Assembly (NCBI GenBank): GCA_951406725.2
Contig: OX597839.1
Span: 17,112,001-17,176,000 of the forward strand
Direction: 5' to 3'
Length of the DNA: 64,000 nt
Source of the DNA: Octopus vulgaris
Lineage: Eukaryota
Under the pieces are notes generated by a model. It was not told the DNA's origin. It did not search any database and saw only the letters and a program-made list of their open reading frames with translations. This document shows positions 1 through 13,311 of this stretch, in pieces. Position 1 is the first letter of the stretch; every line of letters starts with the position of its first letter. A program made the translations under genes and the position numbers.

Positions 1-216
1 TGAAGTTATTTTGTTGAAAAAAGACATACAAAATGTAAACATTTGTACTGAAAATTGACTCATTTAATGTCAGAATAGGCTTCAACAGAAAAAAAAATGG
101 CTTAAATATGTATAGTGAAGTTGACTTTTATTTATGCTGGACAGTATAATGCTTACTTATAAGGTATAAGGTACTTATGATGTATTTATGCTGGACGGTA
201 TAATGCTTACTTATAA

Positions 217-448
217 GGCGGTGAGCTGGCAGAATCGTTAGCACGCCGGGCGATATTATTTAGCGGTATTTCGTCTGCTGTTACATGCTGAGTTCAAATT
301 CCACCGAATTCGACTTTGCCTTTCATCCTTTCGGGGTCGATAAACTAAGTACCAGTTGCGCACTGGGGTCGATGTAATCGACTTAATCTGTTTGTCTGTC
401 CTTGTTTGTCCCCTCTGTGTTTAGCCCCTTGTGAGTAGTAAAGAAATA
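217..448 (+). mobile_element. tRNA-derived SINE, family A (full length, with TSD)
   Basis: Head ggcggtgagctggcagaatcgttagc with B-box-like gagttcaaatt; central cgactttgcctttcatcctttcggggtcgataaa-aagtacc (resembles Nin-type SINE domain); 16-bp TSD ggtataatgcttactt at 197-212 and 449-464; more than 12 related copies in the window. Confidence 0.9.
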
Positions 449-499
449 GGTATAATGCTTACTTTTTTTTGTATAAATTTACTAAAACCATTAAATGGT

Positions 500-830
500 T
501 AACTATTTTTTGAAATCTGACATTCATGTTGGTAAATACAGTCTGGGCCATATTTTACATTGCTTGCAGTTTCTACCTATCGCAATGGAGCACCATTGAC
601 ATACATAGTGATATGGATATTCCTGACTGACAAAAATGTAATAATATGGATAATCCTGATTGTATGTTTTTATTTTTGCCTATTCGTTTACTAGGCACAG
701 TTTTAAGTTTGTCGTACTGTTTACGCCAATTTTGAAGATTGGTTTCATTAACATTAAAATGCCTTCCAGCAGCTCTATTGCTACTTTCAGATGCATGTTC
801 AACAAATCTAATTTCTTCTTTGGAGTAAAC
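500..830 (-). pseudogene. possible highly decayed piggyBac-like transposase C-terminus
   Basis: Minus-strand peptides KKKLDLLNMHLKVAIELL and YPYHYVCQW...GRNCKQCK loosely resemble the PGBD LDLL.FR..IA and Cys-rich tail; frames broken. Confidence 0.25.
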
Positions 831-857
831 AATTCATAATTTCTGCCCATACATACA

Positions 858-1505
858 GGTGTAGGAGTGGCCATGTGGTAAGTAGCTTGCTTACCAACCA
901 CATGGTTCCGGGTTCAGTCCCACTGCTTGGCACCTTGGGCAAGTGTCTTCTACTATAGCAGTGCTTTTCAAACTTTTTGCTGGAGCGGAACCCCAAGGAA
1001 ACATTCCACTGGCTTGAGGAACCCCTGTGCAATAATTTAATAGTTTTATGCACACATATCTGCACAGGAGAATTAAAAATTACTGCCGGTTTTAGCAATT
1101 TTGTAACTTCTTGCGGAACCCCTTGACTGTACTGGCGGAACCCTAAGGTTCCGGGGAACCCTGGTTGAAAACCACTGTACTATAGCCTCGGGCCGACCAA
1201 AGCCTTGTGAGTGGATTTGGTAGACGGAAACTGAAAGAAGCCCGTCGTATATATGTATATATATATGTGTGTGTGTATATGTCTGTGTGTCTGTGTTTGT
1301 CCACCCCCAACATCACTTGACAACCGATGCTGGTGTGTTTACGTCCCTGTAACTTAGTGGTTCGGCAAAAGAGACCGATACAATAAGTACTAGGCTTACA
1401 AAGAATAAGTCCTGGGGTCGATTTGCTCGACTAAAAAAGAAGGTGGTGCTCCAGCATGGCCGCAGTCAAATGACTGAAACTAGTAAAAGAGTAAAGAGTA
1501 AAGAG
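858..1505 (+). mobile_element. tRNA-derived SINE, family B, interrupted by a hAT MITE
   Basis: Head ggtgtaggagtggccatgtggtaag...ggttcagtccc, CORE-like accttgggcaagtg, internal (TA/TG)n, tail ggtgctccagcatggccgcagtcaaatgactgaaac-(agtaaag)n. Confidence 0.9.
959..1177. mobile_element. hAT (Charlie-like) MITE
   Basis: TIRs cagtgcttttcaaac / ggttgaaaaccactg; perfect 8-bp TSD tactatag at 951-958 and 1178-1185. Confidence 0.92.
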
Positions 1506-2231
1506 AATATACTGACAATAATGGTATTGACAAATTTTTAAGTTTGCTTGATATTTTATAAGTGTGAAAGGGATTAAAATTTCGATACTCCATATCAAAG
1601 GTTCCGACAAGAATAGGCGGAAAAGAATTCTGTTTACATATTCAGTTTGATCAGTCACCTTCCTCTGTCGGTTGAGTAAAGTGTCATCCAAGCTGATGTT
1701 TATTGGTAATTAAACTTAATTTGCAACACCTGTGCGTATTTATCAGTTGTGTTTTTGTTGGTAATTCTTATCAACAACTTTTCCTGTGATCGTGATTTGA
1801 GAAGACATACAGCAGTATTCTAAAGATCAGACATAATCTCTTGTGGGCAAGAAATGTAAAATAAAGTTTATTATAAACAACACAAACACTTTGTAAATTA
1901 ATAGTTTTCAATTTGATACCTGCTAAACTTGTGAAAGCATATTAGAAATGAAATAATTAGAGAATGAAGCGGAGTAAACGATGTGATTACAAAATACCAA
2001 AAGCACTAATTCCACTGGGTCAGACATATCTCAAGGTTTGCAGACAACAGGTGGACCTATGCAACAGACTAGTTGCTTTCAAGAGGTCAGGAGAGGCTGC
2101 TCAGAAGACTTCTGTGATGATAGGAAGACTATTTAATTAAAAAATTTTGGGCCAAAATAGAAAAGAATGGCACAATCAAGAAAGAATTGGATGCACATTG
2201 TGAATGAGATGTATAATATAACAACATCATA

Positions 2232-2393
2232 GGTGCAGGCATGGGTGTGTAGTAAGGAGCTTGCTTCCCAATCACGTAGTTCTGGGTTCAGTCTCACTGC
2301 TTGGAACCTTTGGCAAGTGTCTTCACTAAAGCCTCAGGCTAACCAAAGCCTTGTGAGTGGATTTGGTAGACAGAAACTGAAAGAAGACCATCG

Positions 2394-2475
<82 letters not shown>

Positions 2476-2504
2476 CCTACCTACCTACCTACCTACCTAC
2501 CTCC

Positions 2505-2558
<54 letters not shown>

Positions 2559-2569
2559 GTCTGTCTGTC

Positions 2570-2605
<36 letters not shown>

Positions 2606-2810
2606 TGTGTTTATCCCTCCACTATCACTTCACAACTGATGTTGGTATGTTTATGCCCCTATGACTTAGCTGTTCAGTAAAAGAGACTGATACAATAAGC
2701 ACTAAGCTTACAAAGAATAAGTCCTAGGGTTGATTTCTTTGACCAAAACCCTTTAAGATAGTGCTCCAGCATGGCTGCAATCAAATGACTGAAACATGTA
2801 AAAGAATAAA
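2232..2810 (+). mobile_element. SINE family B with expanded internal (TATC)n/(TG)n
   Basis: Same head, core and tail as 858-1505; microsatellite at about 2395-2605. Confidence 0.85.
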
Positions 2811-3104
2811 TGAATCCGCTAGTCTGGTTGATAAAATGATATGGTTATGTTCTCTTCAATTTTTGCATTATTTTAAGTCTTCTAAGGAGCTTGTTTCTAA
2901 CAAAGATACAAAACTCCATCATTGGAATGTAGATAAAAACTAGAAATTCACCTTTTGAACTTGGGAAATGTCTTACATAGTTTTGCTGTTCCACTTACAG
3001 ATTGTATTTGTATATTTGTAATGTGCATGTTAGATGGTTAATTTCTTTTTCTGAAAACTCCAGCTTATCTAAATTGTCACTTATACATTTACTCACAAGT
3101 GTGT

Positions 3105-4140
<1,036 letters not shown>

Positions 4141-4301
4141 CTAGTTAGCTAGCTAGCTTGCTAGATAGATAGATAGTCAAACAGATAGCTGGATAGGCAG
4201 ATAGGTACATGTACTTCGTCATTAATATATATCTACATGCATCTATGTGTGCATGAGAGTCTGTGTGTCCATGTATATATGTGTGAGTGTCTGCTTGCAT
4301 A

Positions 4302-4720
4302 CAAGACCTGATCAATAAGTATCCGGACTGTTGCCATAGTAATGATGCTCAAGCATACAGAGTAAAGTTGCTTGGCACAAATTGACCTTGAACTCTGCTG
4401 GGAATGCACACTAAGTTTTACAGCAGTGTTTGGAAGGAAGGTGTGTAGTGTACAGTCATTGCATTGTCCATGACAAAGAAAGTTGTCATAGTGCCGGTGA
4501 TACCTGCTCAGAGGCTTACACAAAGTTGCAGAAAGTGTACGGAGAGGAGTGTATGAACCACACACAAGTGTATGAGTGGTTCACACGTTTCCAAGATGGT
4601 TGTAAAAATGTCAATATTGACAAACATTCTGGGGGACCCACAACCAGCAGAACTGAGAAAAACATTGCAGATGTGCATGCAGCTGTGAGGAGAAATCGTT
4701 GAATCCCCATCTGTGATCTC
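4302..4720 (+). mobile_element. mariner transposon 5' fragment (TIR plus N-terminal HTH of transposase)
   Basis: TA followed by caagacctgatcaataagtatccggact; peptide EAYTKLQKVYGEECMNHTQVYEWFTRFQDG...DKHSGGPTTS typical of mariner DNA-binding domain; in-frame stop. Confidence 0.85.
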
Positions 4721-4877
4721 ACCAGTGCTAGTACCATGAAAAAAAACACCAGTACATTCTGTAAAGGGGCTGACATTAGGATGGCCATCCAACCATAGAA
4801 ATCATATCAAAGCAGACAGTAAAGCTTGGTGCAGTCCTCTGGCTTGCATGGAAAATGAACATAAAAACAATGTGATG

Positions 4878-5022
4878 ATGACTTTGCCTTTCATCCTTTC
4901 ATCCTTTCTAGGTCGATAAATAAAGTGCCAGTTTCGCACTGGGGTCGGTGTAATCAACTTGATCCCTTTGTCTGTCCTTGTTTGTCCTCTCTGTGTTTAG
5001 CCCCTTGTGGGCAATAAAGATA
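4878..5022 (+). mobile_element. SINE family A, 5'-truncated
   Basis: gactttgcctttcatcc...cactggggtcgg...gccccttgtgggcaataaaga. Confidence 0.85.
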
Positions 5023-5649
5023 TATGCATGTACACACACACACACACATACACACGTATTTGTTTGTTTGTGTGTGTGTGTCTGTGTATTATCTTATTGA
5101 ACCAAAATCCCGGACCCAGGAGGGATAAATTGTGAAAGTTAATCACACTGGGATTTGAACTCAGAAAATATAAAATATCAAAATTATAAAAAAGGAAAAG
5201 AAAAAATTGCTTATCTAATACACATTTGTTTCTGCCAACTCACTGCTTTAAACACATAAATATTGATTGATGTAGTTCTGTCTTTTGTTGTTATTTTTGT
5301 TTTCGTTGTTCCTTTTTTTTCATTTTTTCTTTTTTTCTTTTTTGATAAATGGCCAAAATATTTAGGAATCAGTTTATTTCAATATTGATAAAATATTAGA
5401 AATAAAAAGAAAACAAAAAAAAATGTGTAATATTAAATGAATAAATAATTAATAAATATTGTTGGTACATCAAACTACATTTTCCTTGTCTTGCTGAAGT
5501 GAGTTTCATTTGCAGGGGTCTGTTGAGATCCTGAAAATAGCAACCAAATCATACTCTATCAAGGGTCCACATGACCCTTGGGGGGTCCATACAAGATTTT
5601 TTTCTTAAATCTTATGTGAAATAAATTGCTTATACTCTTTTACCTCTTA

Positions 5650-6043
5650 CTAGCAGTATCGCCCGGCGTTGCTCGGGTTTGTAAGGGAAATAACTATAAA
5701 GCATTTTTAGAGAGTTATAGCCAAAAATTAGCAAAAAATGCATTAAAAATGGAAAAAAGACTATGGTAAATTTTTTTAAAAATCGTTGACTCATCGTAGA
5801 CATTTTTAGAGAGTTACTTCCCTTATATTAAAAAAATATGCATTAAAATGGAAAAAAAATGATGGTAAATTATTTTAAAAATCGTAGACTCATCGTAGAT
5901 GCGTGCTAATACCCAGAAGGGCTTGATATGAATCACGACTATAAGATACCCGGTTTTGGTTAAACTGCACCGCAAAATGTGGGAGTAGTTAGGAATCTAA
6001 ATCGGAGTAGACAGACACACAACCTTTCTTTTATATATAAAGA
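5650..6043 (-). mobile_element. non-autonomous Helitron (complete)
   Basis: Minus strand: A|TCTTTATATATAAAAG ... hairpin CCCGAGCAACGCCGGG ... CTAG|T (5' TC, 3' hairpin plus CTRR, A/T target, no TSD); internal tandem duplication of about 110 bp; second copy at 55278-55729. Confidence 0.85.
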
Positions 6044-6046
6044 TAT

Positions 6047-6370
6047 TTTACTTGTTTTAGTTGTTAGACCGCTGCCATCCTGAGCCACCACTTTGAAGGG
6101 TTTTTGTTGAACAAACCGACCCCAAGCCTTGTTTTTTCCTAAGCCTAGTACTTATTCTATCATTCTCTTTTGCTGAATTGCTAAGTAACAAGGGATGTGA
6201 ACACACCAACACTGGTTGATATGTGGTGGTGGGAGGATAAACACAAACACATGCACACATAGATCTTTTAGTTTTCATCTACCAAATCCGCTCACAAGGC
6301 TATAGCGGGACTGAACCTGGAACCATGTGGTTGAGAAGCAAACTTCTTACCACATAGCCACACCTGCACC
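6047..6370 (-). mobile_element. SINE family B (internally deleted)
   Basis: Reverse complement of family B tail and head. Confidence 0.8.
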
Positions 6371-6465
6371 TACAATACTTCGACAATACTCAAAATATCT
6401 TGACAATTTTTTTTAATACAATTCCTAGTAACAGTTAATTCTAAAAATCTAATACAATTTTTTAA

Positions 6466-6688
6466 CCCTTTAGTGTTCAGTTTATTCTGTCAAATGTGAT
6501 GTTTGTTTATTTATATTGTTTTGAATTAATCATGTATTATCTTGTAGTTTAGAGATTGCAGTGATGTGATTTTTTTTTAGTTTTAGAATGACATGGTAGG
6601 GCTGAGGTAAGAGGCGAGCTCTGGTCACTTTCAATATAAAACAGGTTAAATACTCTGGCCGGATATGGCCGGTTTGAATGCTAAAGGG
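6466..6688. mobile_element. piggyBac-type MITE
   Basis: TTAA|CCCTTTAG ... CTAAAGGG|TTAA; second copy at 19018-19236. Confidence 0.88.
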
Positions 6689-6691
6689 TTA

Positions 6692-7665
6692 AATATCAAA
6701 TAACTGTGCGGGTCCTTTCAAGTAAAATGGGAATCAAAGGGGTCCATAAGCAAAAAATGGTTGAGAATCACTGCTCTGTCACTTTGACACTTTAGCATTT
6801 CAACAGGCCATATCCAGCCCATATCTACCTGTCTTTATGTTCAGAGTTCAAATTCCACTGAGGTCGACTTTAACTTTCATCCTCTCAGGGTTGATAAAAT
6901 AAGTACCAGTTGAGCACTGGGATTGATATAATCGATTTACTCCCTTCACTGATTTATGCTGAAATTTGAAACCATTATTAGGCTGGTGTTTAAAATATAA
7001 AACAAAATAAAGACTTGGTAGAACTTTTTAATTTAAATCACTTTAAAACAGGAAGATTGTATCTTGGGTCTAATCAAGTGTGAGCTCAGGCAGGTATCAA
7101 GGGGGTTAAATAACAAAAGATATTGACTGGTATAGTTACAGATCATCATCATCATTTAGTGTCTGTTGGCATGGGTTAGACAGTTTGCCTGAAACTGGTA
7201 AGCTGGAAAGATAAGCCCAAAAACCGAGGTCAGTGTTGAGGCGGGGTTCATAAACCCGTCCCACTCCATTTGTTTAAAAAATGTCCATTGTGTTGTTTAT
7301 TCATTCGTTTTATATAAAATCATGTTGAATTTTTATCGACCCCAAATTGCGCTTTATATGTAAAATCATCCGTGATTGTATTGTCCATTCTTTGTACGTC
7401 CTTATGGATAATAAAAAAAAAATCAAGGTTCCAATCTGATTTGGCCTTATTTTATCAACCCCTAAATGATGAAAGGCAAAGTCGACCTTGGCAGAATTTG
7501 AACTCAGAACATAAAGATGGATGGATATGGGCGGGATATAGCCAGTTGAAATGCTAAAGTGTCGAAGTGATAGAGCAGTGATTTGCAGCCATTTTTTTGC
7601 CAATGGACCCGTTTAATTCCCATTTTACTCGAACAAACCCTCATGGCTATTCAGTGTTTAAAAAT
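6692..7665. repeat. diverged inverted duplication (arms about 6692-6905 and 7445-7665)
   Basis: The same chimeric junction (hAT end, ctttagcatttcaac MITE end, SINE-A fragment) is present in both orientations. Confidence 0.8.
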
Positions 7666-7669
7666 ACCT

Positions 7670-8040
7670 GTCATCTTGGCCCATCCTCATGCTGACCACC
7701 CAAGAGTGTAATGGGTGCTTTTTATATGCCACTGGCATTAGATGCCAGTTATGTGGAACCAGCATTGGCCACAATTACGATTTCACTTGGCATGATTAGT
7801 CTTCTCAAGCACTGCATATTGCCAAAGGTTTTGGTCACTTATCACCTCCATTAGTCGCAATGTGTTTTTTACATGTCCCTGGCATGGGTGCCTGTTACAC
7901 GTAACCAGCATTGGCTAGGACCACGATTTCACTTGGCTTGATGAGTCTTCTCAAGCACTGCATATTGCCAAAGGTCTTGGTCACTTGTCATTGCCTCTGC
8001 AAGGCCCAATGTTCACCACCTCATCCCTTGTCTTCCTGAG
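7670..8040 (-). mobile_element. RTE 3'-UTR-type repeat with internal tandem duplication
   Basis: gggtgctttttatatgccactggca motif shared with the 14.6-kb RTE tail; block accagcattgg...aaaggt(t/c)ttggtcactt occurs twice (about 7757-7840 and 7903-7986). Confidence 0.7.
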
Positions 8041-8197
8041 TATACCTATACTCCTAAAAGTATGAGGTAGACACAGGTAGAATGAATTTACTCAGAAATC
8101 TGCTTATCACTTTTGCTACCATATTTCTGTTACATAACACTGTCTTTGTTTCAATTAATTTTGAAAATAATGAAGAATTTAGTAAAACAATTTTGTC

Positions 8198-8468
8198 ATT
8201 CTGTTGTGTCTGGGGAGAGTCATTTTCTTTTTGTGCCTTATTACACACTCGCCGGTAAAATTTCCACTTATTTCTTATTTTTATTGTCCTAAGATTTTCG
8301 TTGCGTGTTGAAACCTTTTCAATAAAAATAAGAAATAAATGGAAATTTTACCAGTGAGTGTGTTAAATAATAAGGCACAAAAAGAAAATGACTCTCCCCA
8401 GACACAACAGAATATGCTTCAACACACAAACTTATATAAAGAATCTTGCAAACCAAATCCAAAAATGA
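8198..8468. mobile_element. palindromic Penelope-like (pLTR-type) insertion with HHR-like spacer
   Basis: Inverted arms 8198-8286 and 8320-8413; flanking 11-bp direct repeat aattttgtcat (8189-8199, 8469-8479); minus-strand spacer UUGAAAA-G-GUUUC-AACAC-GCAAC-GAAA. Confidence 0.65.
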
Positions 8469-8868
8469 AATTTTGTCATAATTAATCTAAAACATAAATT
8501 AATGTGAAATTTTGGTGGAAGAATTTAGTAAGGACACTTTAAAGCAGAAATTCTGTGTTATAATACCAGGGATTGTCTCAGTGAGGCTGGTGCTAAAAGG
8601 ATTAATAATGAACAAAGTAAAATTTTCAACTTCAACATTTTTGATAGGATATTTCATATATGTATATGTATGTATGTATGTATATGTATGTATATGTATG
8701 GCCGAAATAAGATTAAGATTAATGTAAAAAATAAATATCACTGAAGCAAAATAACACCAAATATATAGTGCGTGTGTTTTTATTGGCTAAACTGGCAATA
8801 TGACCATTCCGAAATATAACAATATCTGTTTCAACACACGACTTCATATAAAAAATCTTGCACAACAA

Positions 8869-8869
<1 letters not shown>

Positions 8870-8900
<31 letters not shown>

Positions 8901-9067
8901 GTATATGTATATGTGTATGTATTTGTATGTGTATGCATGCGCGTATATGTATGTATATGTATACGTGTGGGTGTGTGTATGTGTGTATATATGTATGTAT
9001 GTATGGGTGTATGTATGTATGTATGTATGCGGATATGTATGTATATGTATATATATATATATGTGTG

Positions 9068-9134
<67 letters not shown>

Positions 9135-9690
9135 GTGTGTGTATGTGTATGTATATGTGTGTGTATATATATGTATGTATGTATTTGTATGTAGGTGTAT
9201 ATGTATGTGTGTATATATATTTATTGGTGTATATGTATAGACTAGTCTTCTAAGATTGTAGACATGAATCTGTAGGTACGCGTACATATGTGTATATACG
9301 TGTATGTAGATGTATGTATGTATGAATATAACGCGTGCGTGTGTGTATGTGTATGAGTGTACGAATGAGTGAGTGTGCGTGCTAACGAGTGTGCGTGCGT
9401 GAGTGAGTGCTTGTGCTCAAGTAGAAAGATAAAAGGGACTAGTTGTCGTAGCCAAGATGCTTGTGACCAGCGGTCAAAGATAACAAAAGTAATAAATGAA
9501 GATAATAAAATTAAAATTAGGGAATGGGTTTGTATTTGTATGTATATATGTGTGTATGTGTAGGTATGAATAGGTACACATATGTATGTATATATTTTGT
9601 TTGTGTATATGTGTATGTGTGGTCGTGTGTGTGTGTATATATACATGTGTGTGTGTATATGTATATGCATGTATATGTGTATGTATATGT

Positions 9691-9738
<48 letters not shown>

Positions 9739-9749
9739 AGATATATGTA

Positions 9750-9780
<31 letters not shown>

Positions 9781-9850
9781 GGGTGTGTGTGTATGTATGT
9801 GAGTATGTATATGTGTGTGTGTGTGTGTATATATGTATACATATGTGTAT
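8870..9850. repeat. compound (TA)/(TG)/(TATG) microsatellites
   Basis: Directly visible. Confidence 0.95.
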
Positions 9851-11002
9851 AGGTATAAGTGAGATTTTCCTTATTTACCTAAAACTCTATTCTTCTATAT
9901 ATTTTTTTATTCTCCCTTTTTTTATTCTTTTTTTATTCTTTTATTTATTCTTCTAACTAATTTACCACTGACTCCTTGACCACTCCCCCAAGTATGATTT
10001 TTTTGCGCTATGCCTACCCCCAAAAAGTCCCCCACCACCACCCCTTTAAACCTGCCTAAATGTATAAATGCCAATACAATTCTTGTTAACTAGCTTCCTG
10101 AAGATTTCTCTTGAATGAAACAGTTCTAGTCCTGTAGAAGCTCCTTCTATATAATAAATTAAAAATATATATATATATATATATATATATGATAGGCTAC
10201 TTTCAGTTTCAGTCTCGTAAATCCACTCATAAGGCTTTGGTTGACCCAAAGCTATAGTAAAAGACACTTGACCAAGGTGCAATAAAGTAGGACTGAAACT
10301 GGAACCATGTGGCTGGGAAGCAAACTGCTTACCTCACCTAAATGAAGAATTTATTTAAATAACTTCATCATAATTAAGCAGGTTAATATGTTTGTGTCAC
10401 AGAACTAAGAGCAGTCTCAGGTGTCTGTTGGTATCAGAAAGGTAGATATTATATGGTATAGTCACAGGACACACCTCTAAAAACATGAGATAGATGCAGC
10501 TAAAATGATTTTAGTTGTAGATCTGCATAATTCGGATGAATTTGGCTGGCTTGACCTGGGGCTAAACAGTAACAAGTATTTTTTTTCTTTGTATCTCCTT
10601 AAAAGGAACAGACATTGTAAAGAATATAAGAATATAAAAATAGTATCCTGAAAGAACTTCCTTCCTGCTGACCTCTGTTCGTTTAACTCAATTGATCTAT
10701 TCAAATGTCAAATCAAATCAAGCACAAACATCTGTTATTCTGTTATTCCATTATTCTGCTATTCTGTGTTCTTATTTGCTTTGAGAGTCAATCACATTGT
10801 TGAGACTACTGTGTGAGATTTTGAACTCTAATCTGTTGTGCTATAGTACTAATACTGACTGTCTACTATCTACTGTCTAGACTTAGGATATGTTGTTAGG
10901 TAGTTTTTTTTTTCTCAAATATGTATAGCCATACTTTGTAGAATGTTATACATTTATTTGTCTATTTACCTATAAAGTGAACCGATCAGTATCAAGCCAT
11001 AC

Positions 11003-11063
<61 letters not shown>

Positions 11064-11160
11064 TGTGTATATATATATTTATGTATATATATATTTATGT
11101 GTATATATATATTTATGTATATATATATATATTTATGTGTATATATATATATATATATAT

Positions 11161-11218
11161 ATACCATAAATGTACCATAAATATATATATATATATATTT
11201 ATGGTACATTTATGGTAT
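11161..11218. repeat. perfect palindrome centred on (TA)n
   Basis: ataccataaatgtaccataaa-(TA)n-tttatggtacatttatggtat. Confidence 0.95.
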
Positions 11219-11234
11219 ATATATATATATATTT

Positions 11235-11602
11235 AAGGTACATCCAAGGCTTGGGCCCCGTGCCATCCGCCCAAAACAAAAATCGCACTCTCATCTCATA
11301 ACAACAATACGGCACAATTATTTCACCTCAATCGGCCCCGCTCTCTTTAACATTACACCAAAACACATTAAAACAGAAACAGACCCTATAGGGTTCAAGA
11401 AGTCTTTGGACAGATTCCTTCAAGAAATCCCGGATAAACCCCCTACACCCGGATATGTCTCTGTAAACAATAACTCTCTACTTGAGTGGGCCATAGTCCC
11501 CAAATTCTGACTTGAAAGACTTCACCAGGTGGTGCTATTAAGTTAGACATGGCCTGGGCCAATAATGGCCGAAACCTATCAAAGTATCAAAGTATCAAAG
11601 TA
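11235..11602 (+). mobile_element. 5'-truncated CR1/L2-group LINE 3' end
   Basis: Open frame 11235-11510 KVHPRLGPRAI...RHNYFTSIGPALFNITPKHIK...FKKSLDRFLQEIPDKPPTPGY...NSLLEW* matches a LINE ORF2 C-terminus; (TATCAAAG)n tail. Confidence 0.85.
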
Positions 11603-11610
11603 TATATATT

Positions 11611-11669
<59 letters not shown>

Positions 11670-11858
11670 GTATATCACAGTGACCGACCAGGCTATCAGA
11701 TGTTGCTACACATCGCTGGTCACAATGCGTTTCGCATTGTTTTAACCTTCCAATGACGCCACCTCGCTTTAAGTATATATATATATTTATGTATATATAT
11801 ATATGTATGTATATATGTATATGCATGTTTGTATATGTATGCATATATGTACATATAT

Positions 11859-11910
<52 letters not shown>

Positions 11911-11964
11911 CACACACACACACACACATATACATATATATGTATGTATGTACGAATGTATATA

Positions 11965-12157
11965 TATGGCACCTGTGTCTGTGACATGTAGAAGACACCC
12001 ACTACGCTCTTAGTGGTTGGCATTAGGAAGGGTATCCAGCCACAGAAACCAAGCCAAATCAGACTGGAACCTGGTATAGCTCTCAGGCTTACCTATTGTA
12101 ATCAAACTGTCTAACCCATGCCAGAATGGAAAAAGAATACTAAATGATGATAATGAA

Positions 12158-12195
<38 letters not shown>
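11965..12195 (+). mobile_element. RTE-tail repeat with (GAT)n end
   Basis: gtggttggcattaggaagggtatccagc...aacccatgccag...(gat)n, same as the 3' end of the RTE at 14553-16110. Confidence 0.8.
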
Positions 12196-12197
<2 letters not shown>

Positions 12198-12952
12198 TCC
12201 ATCATTTCCAGGAAGTAAGGGAAGAGAGAGAGAAAGAAAGAAAGAGAGAGAGAAAGAAAGAAAGAGAGAGACAAAGAAAGAAAGAGAGAGAGAAAGAAAG
12301 AATGAAAGAGAGAGAGAGATACGCACATCTACATACTCACATACACACGTATTGCATTTCTTTCCCTGGAGCTTATAGCAGAAGACATTTTCTTCAGTCT
12401 CACAGTGAGATTGAAACCAAAATGAAAATCACATACTTCAGAAGCAAACTTCTCAACCACAAAGAAATGTCCTCATCTATAAACATGCACACACACACGC
12501 ACGCACGCACACACACACACACACGCACGCACGCACACACACACACATACACACACACATGAAGCACACACGTTTCCATGACTTCCATCATTTCCATTTA
12601 CCAACTCTGCTAACAAGTCATTGGTCAAGCTGAGTCAATAGCAGAAGACACTTGCCTAAGGTGCTGGTGCAGGAGGACTGAATCTTAGTCTATGCAGGTG
12701 TGAGGCAATCTCCTCAGCTAACCACACATCCATACTCACACCCATATATTAATCTAATTTGGAATTTTGCAACAAAAAGCCAAAACACATCCAACACTTG
12801 TTTTCTTTAACATAACATCAAACTACCCCAAAGCTAATAACAACTTCATTTTAAAACAGTTTTTACTGAATTTCATCCAAACACTCAATATTTAACCTCC
12901 CTTCATAAAATCATATATCATTTTGAATATACATATATATATGTGTGTGAAT

Positions 12953-12990
<38 letters not shown>

Positions 12991-13280
12991 GATGTTTTCA
13001 TCATCATTTAATATCCATTTGTTGGACAATTTGACAGGAGCTGGCAAGATAGGGGCTACACCAGGGTTTACTGCCTATTTTGGCATGGTTTTTACTGTTA
13101 AATGCCCTTCCTAATACCAGTCACCTTACAGAGTGGAATGAGTGTCTATATATATATATATGTGTGTGTGTATATATATATATATATACATACATACATA
13201 CATACATACATACATACATACATACAGATATATATATATGTATACACATGCATACGTGCATAACTGCATGCATACATGCA

Positions 13281-13311
<31 letters not shown>

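Larger units (their letters stand above)
5562..6773. mobile_element. fragmented hAT-like MITE hosting nested insertions
   Basis: gggtccacatgacccttggggggtccat at left; ggggtccataagcaaaaaatggttgagaatcactg Charlie-type terminus at right; left TIR missing. Confidence 0.55.

Noticed and set aside
4329-4343. X-box-like gttgccatagtaat
   Set aside because: Inside a mariner 5' end; no promoter context
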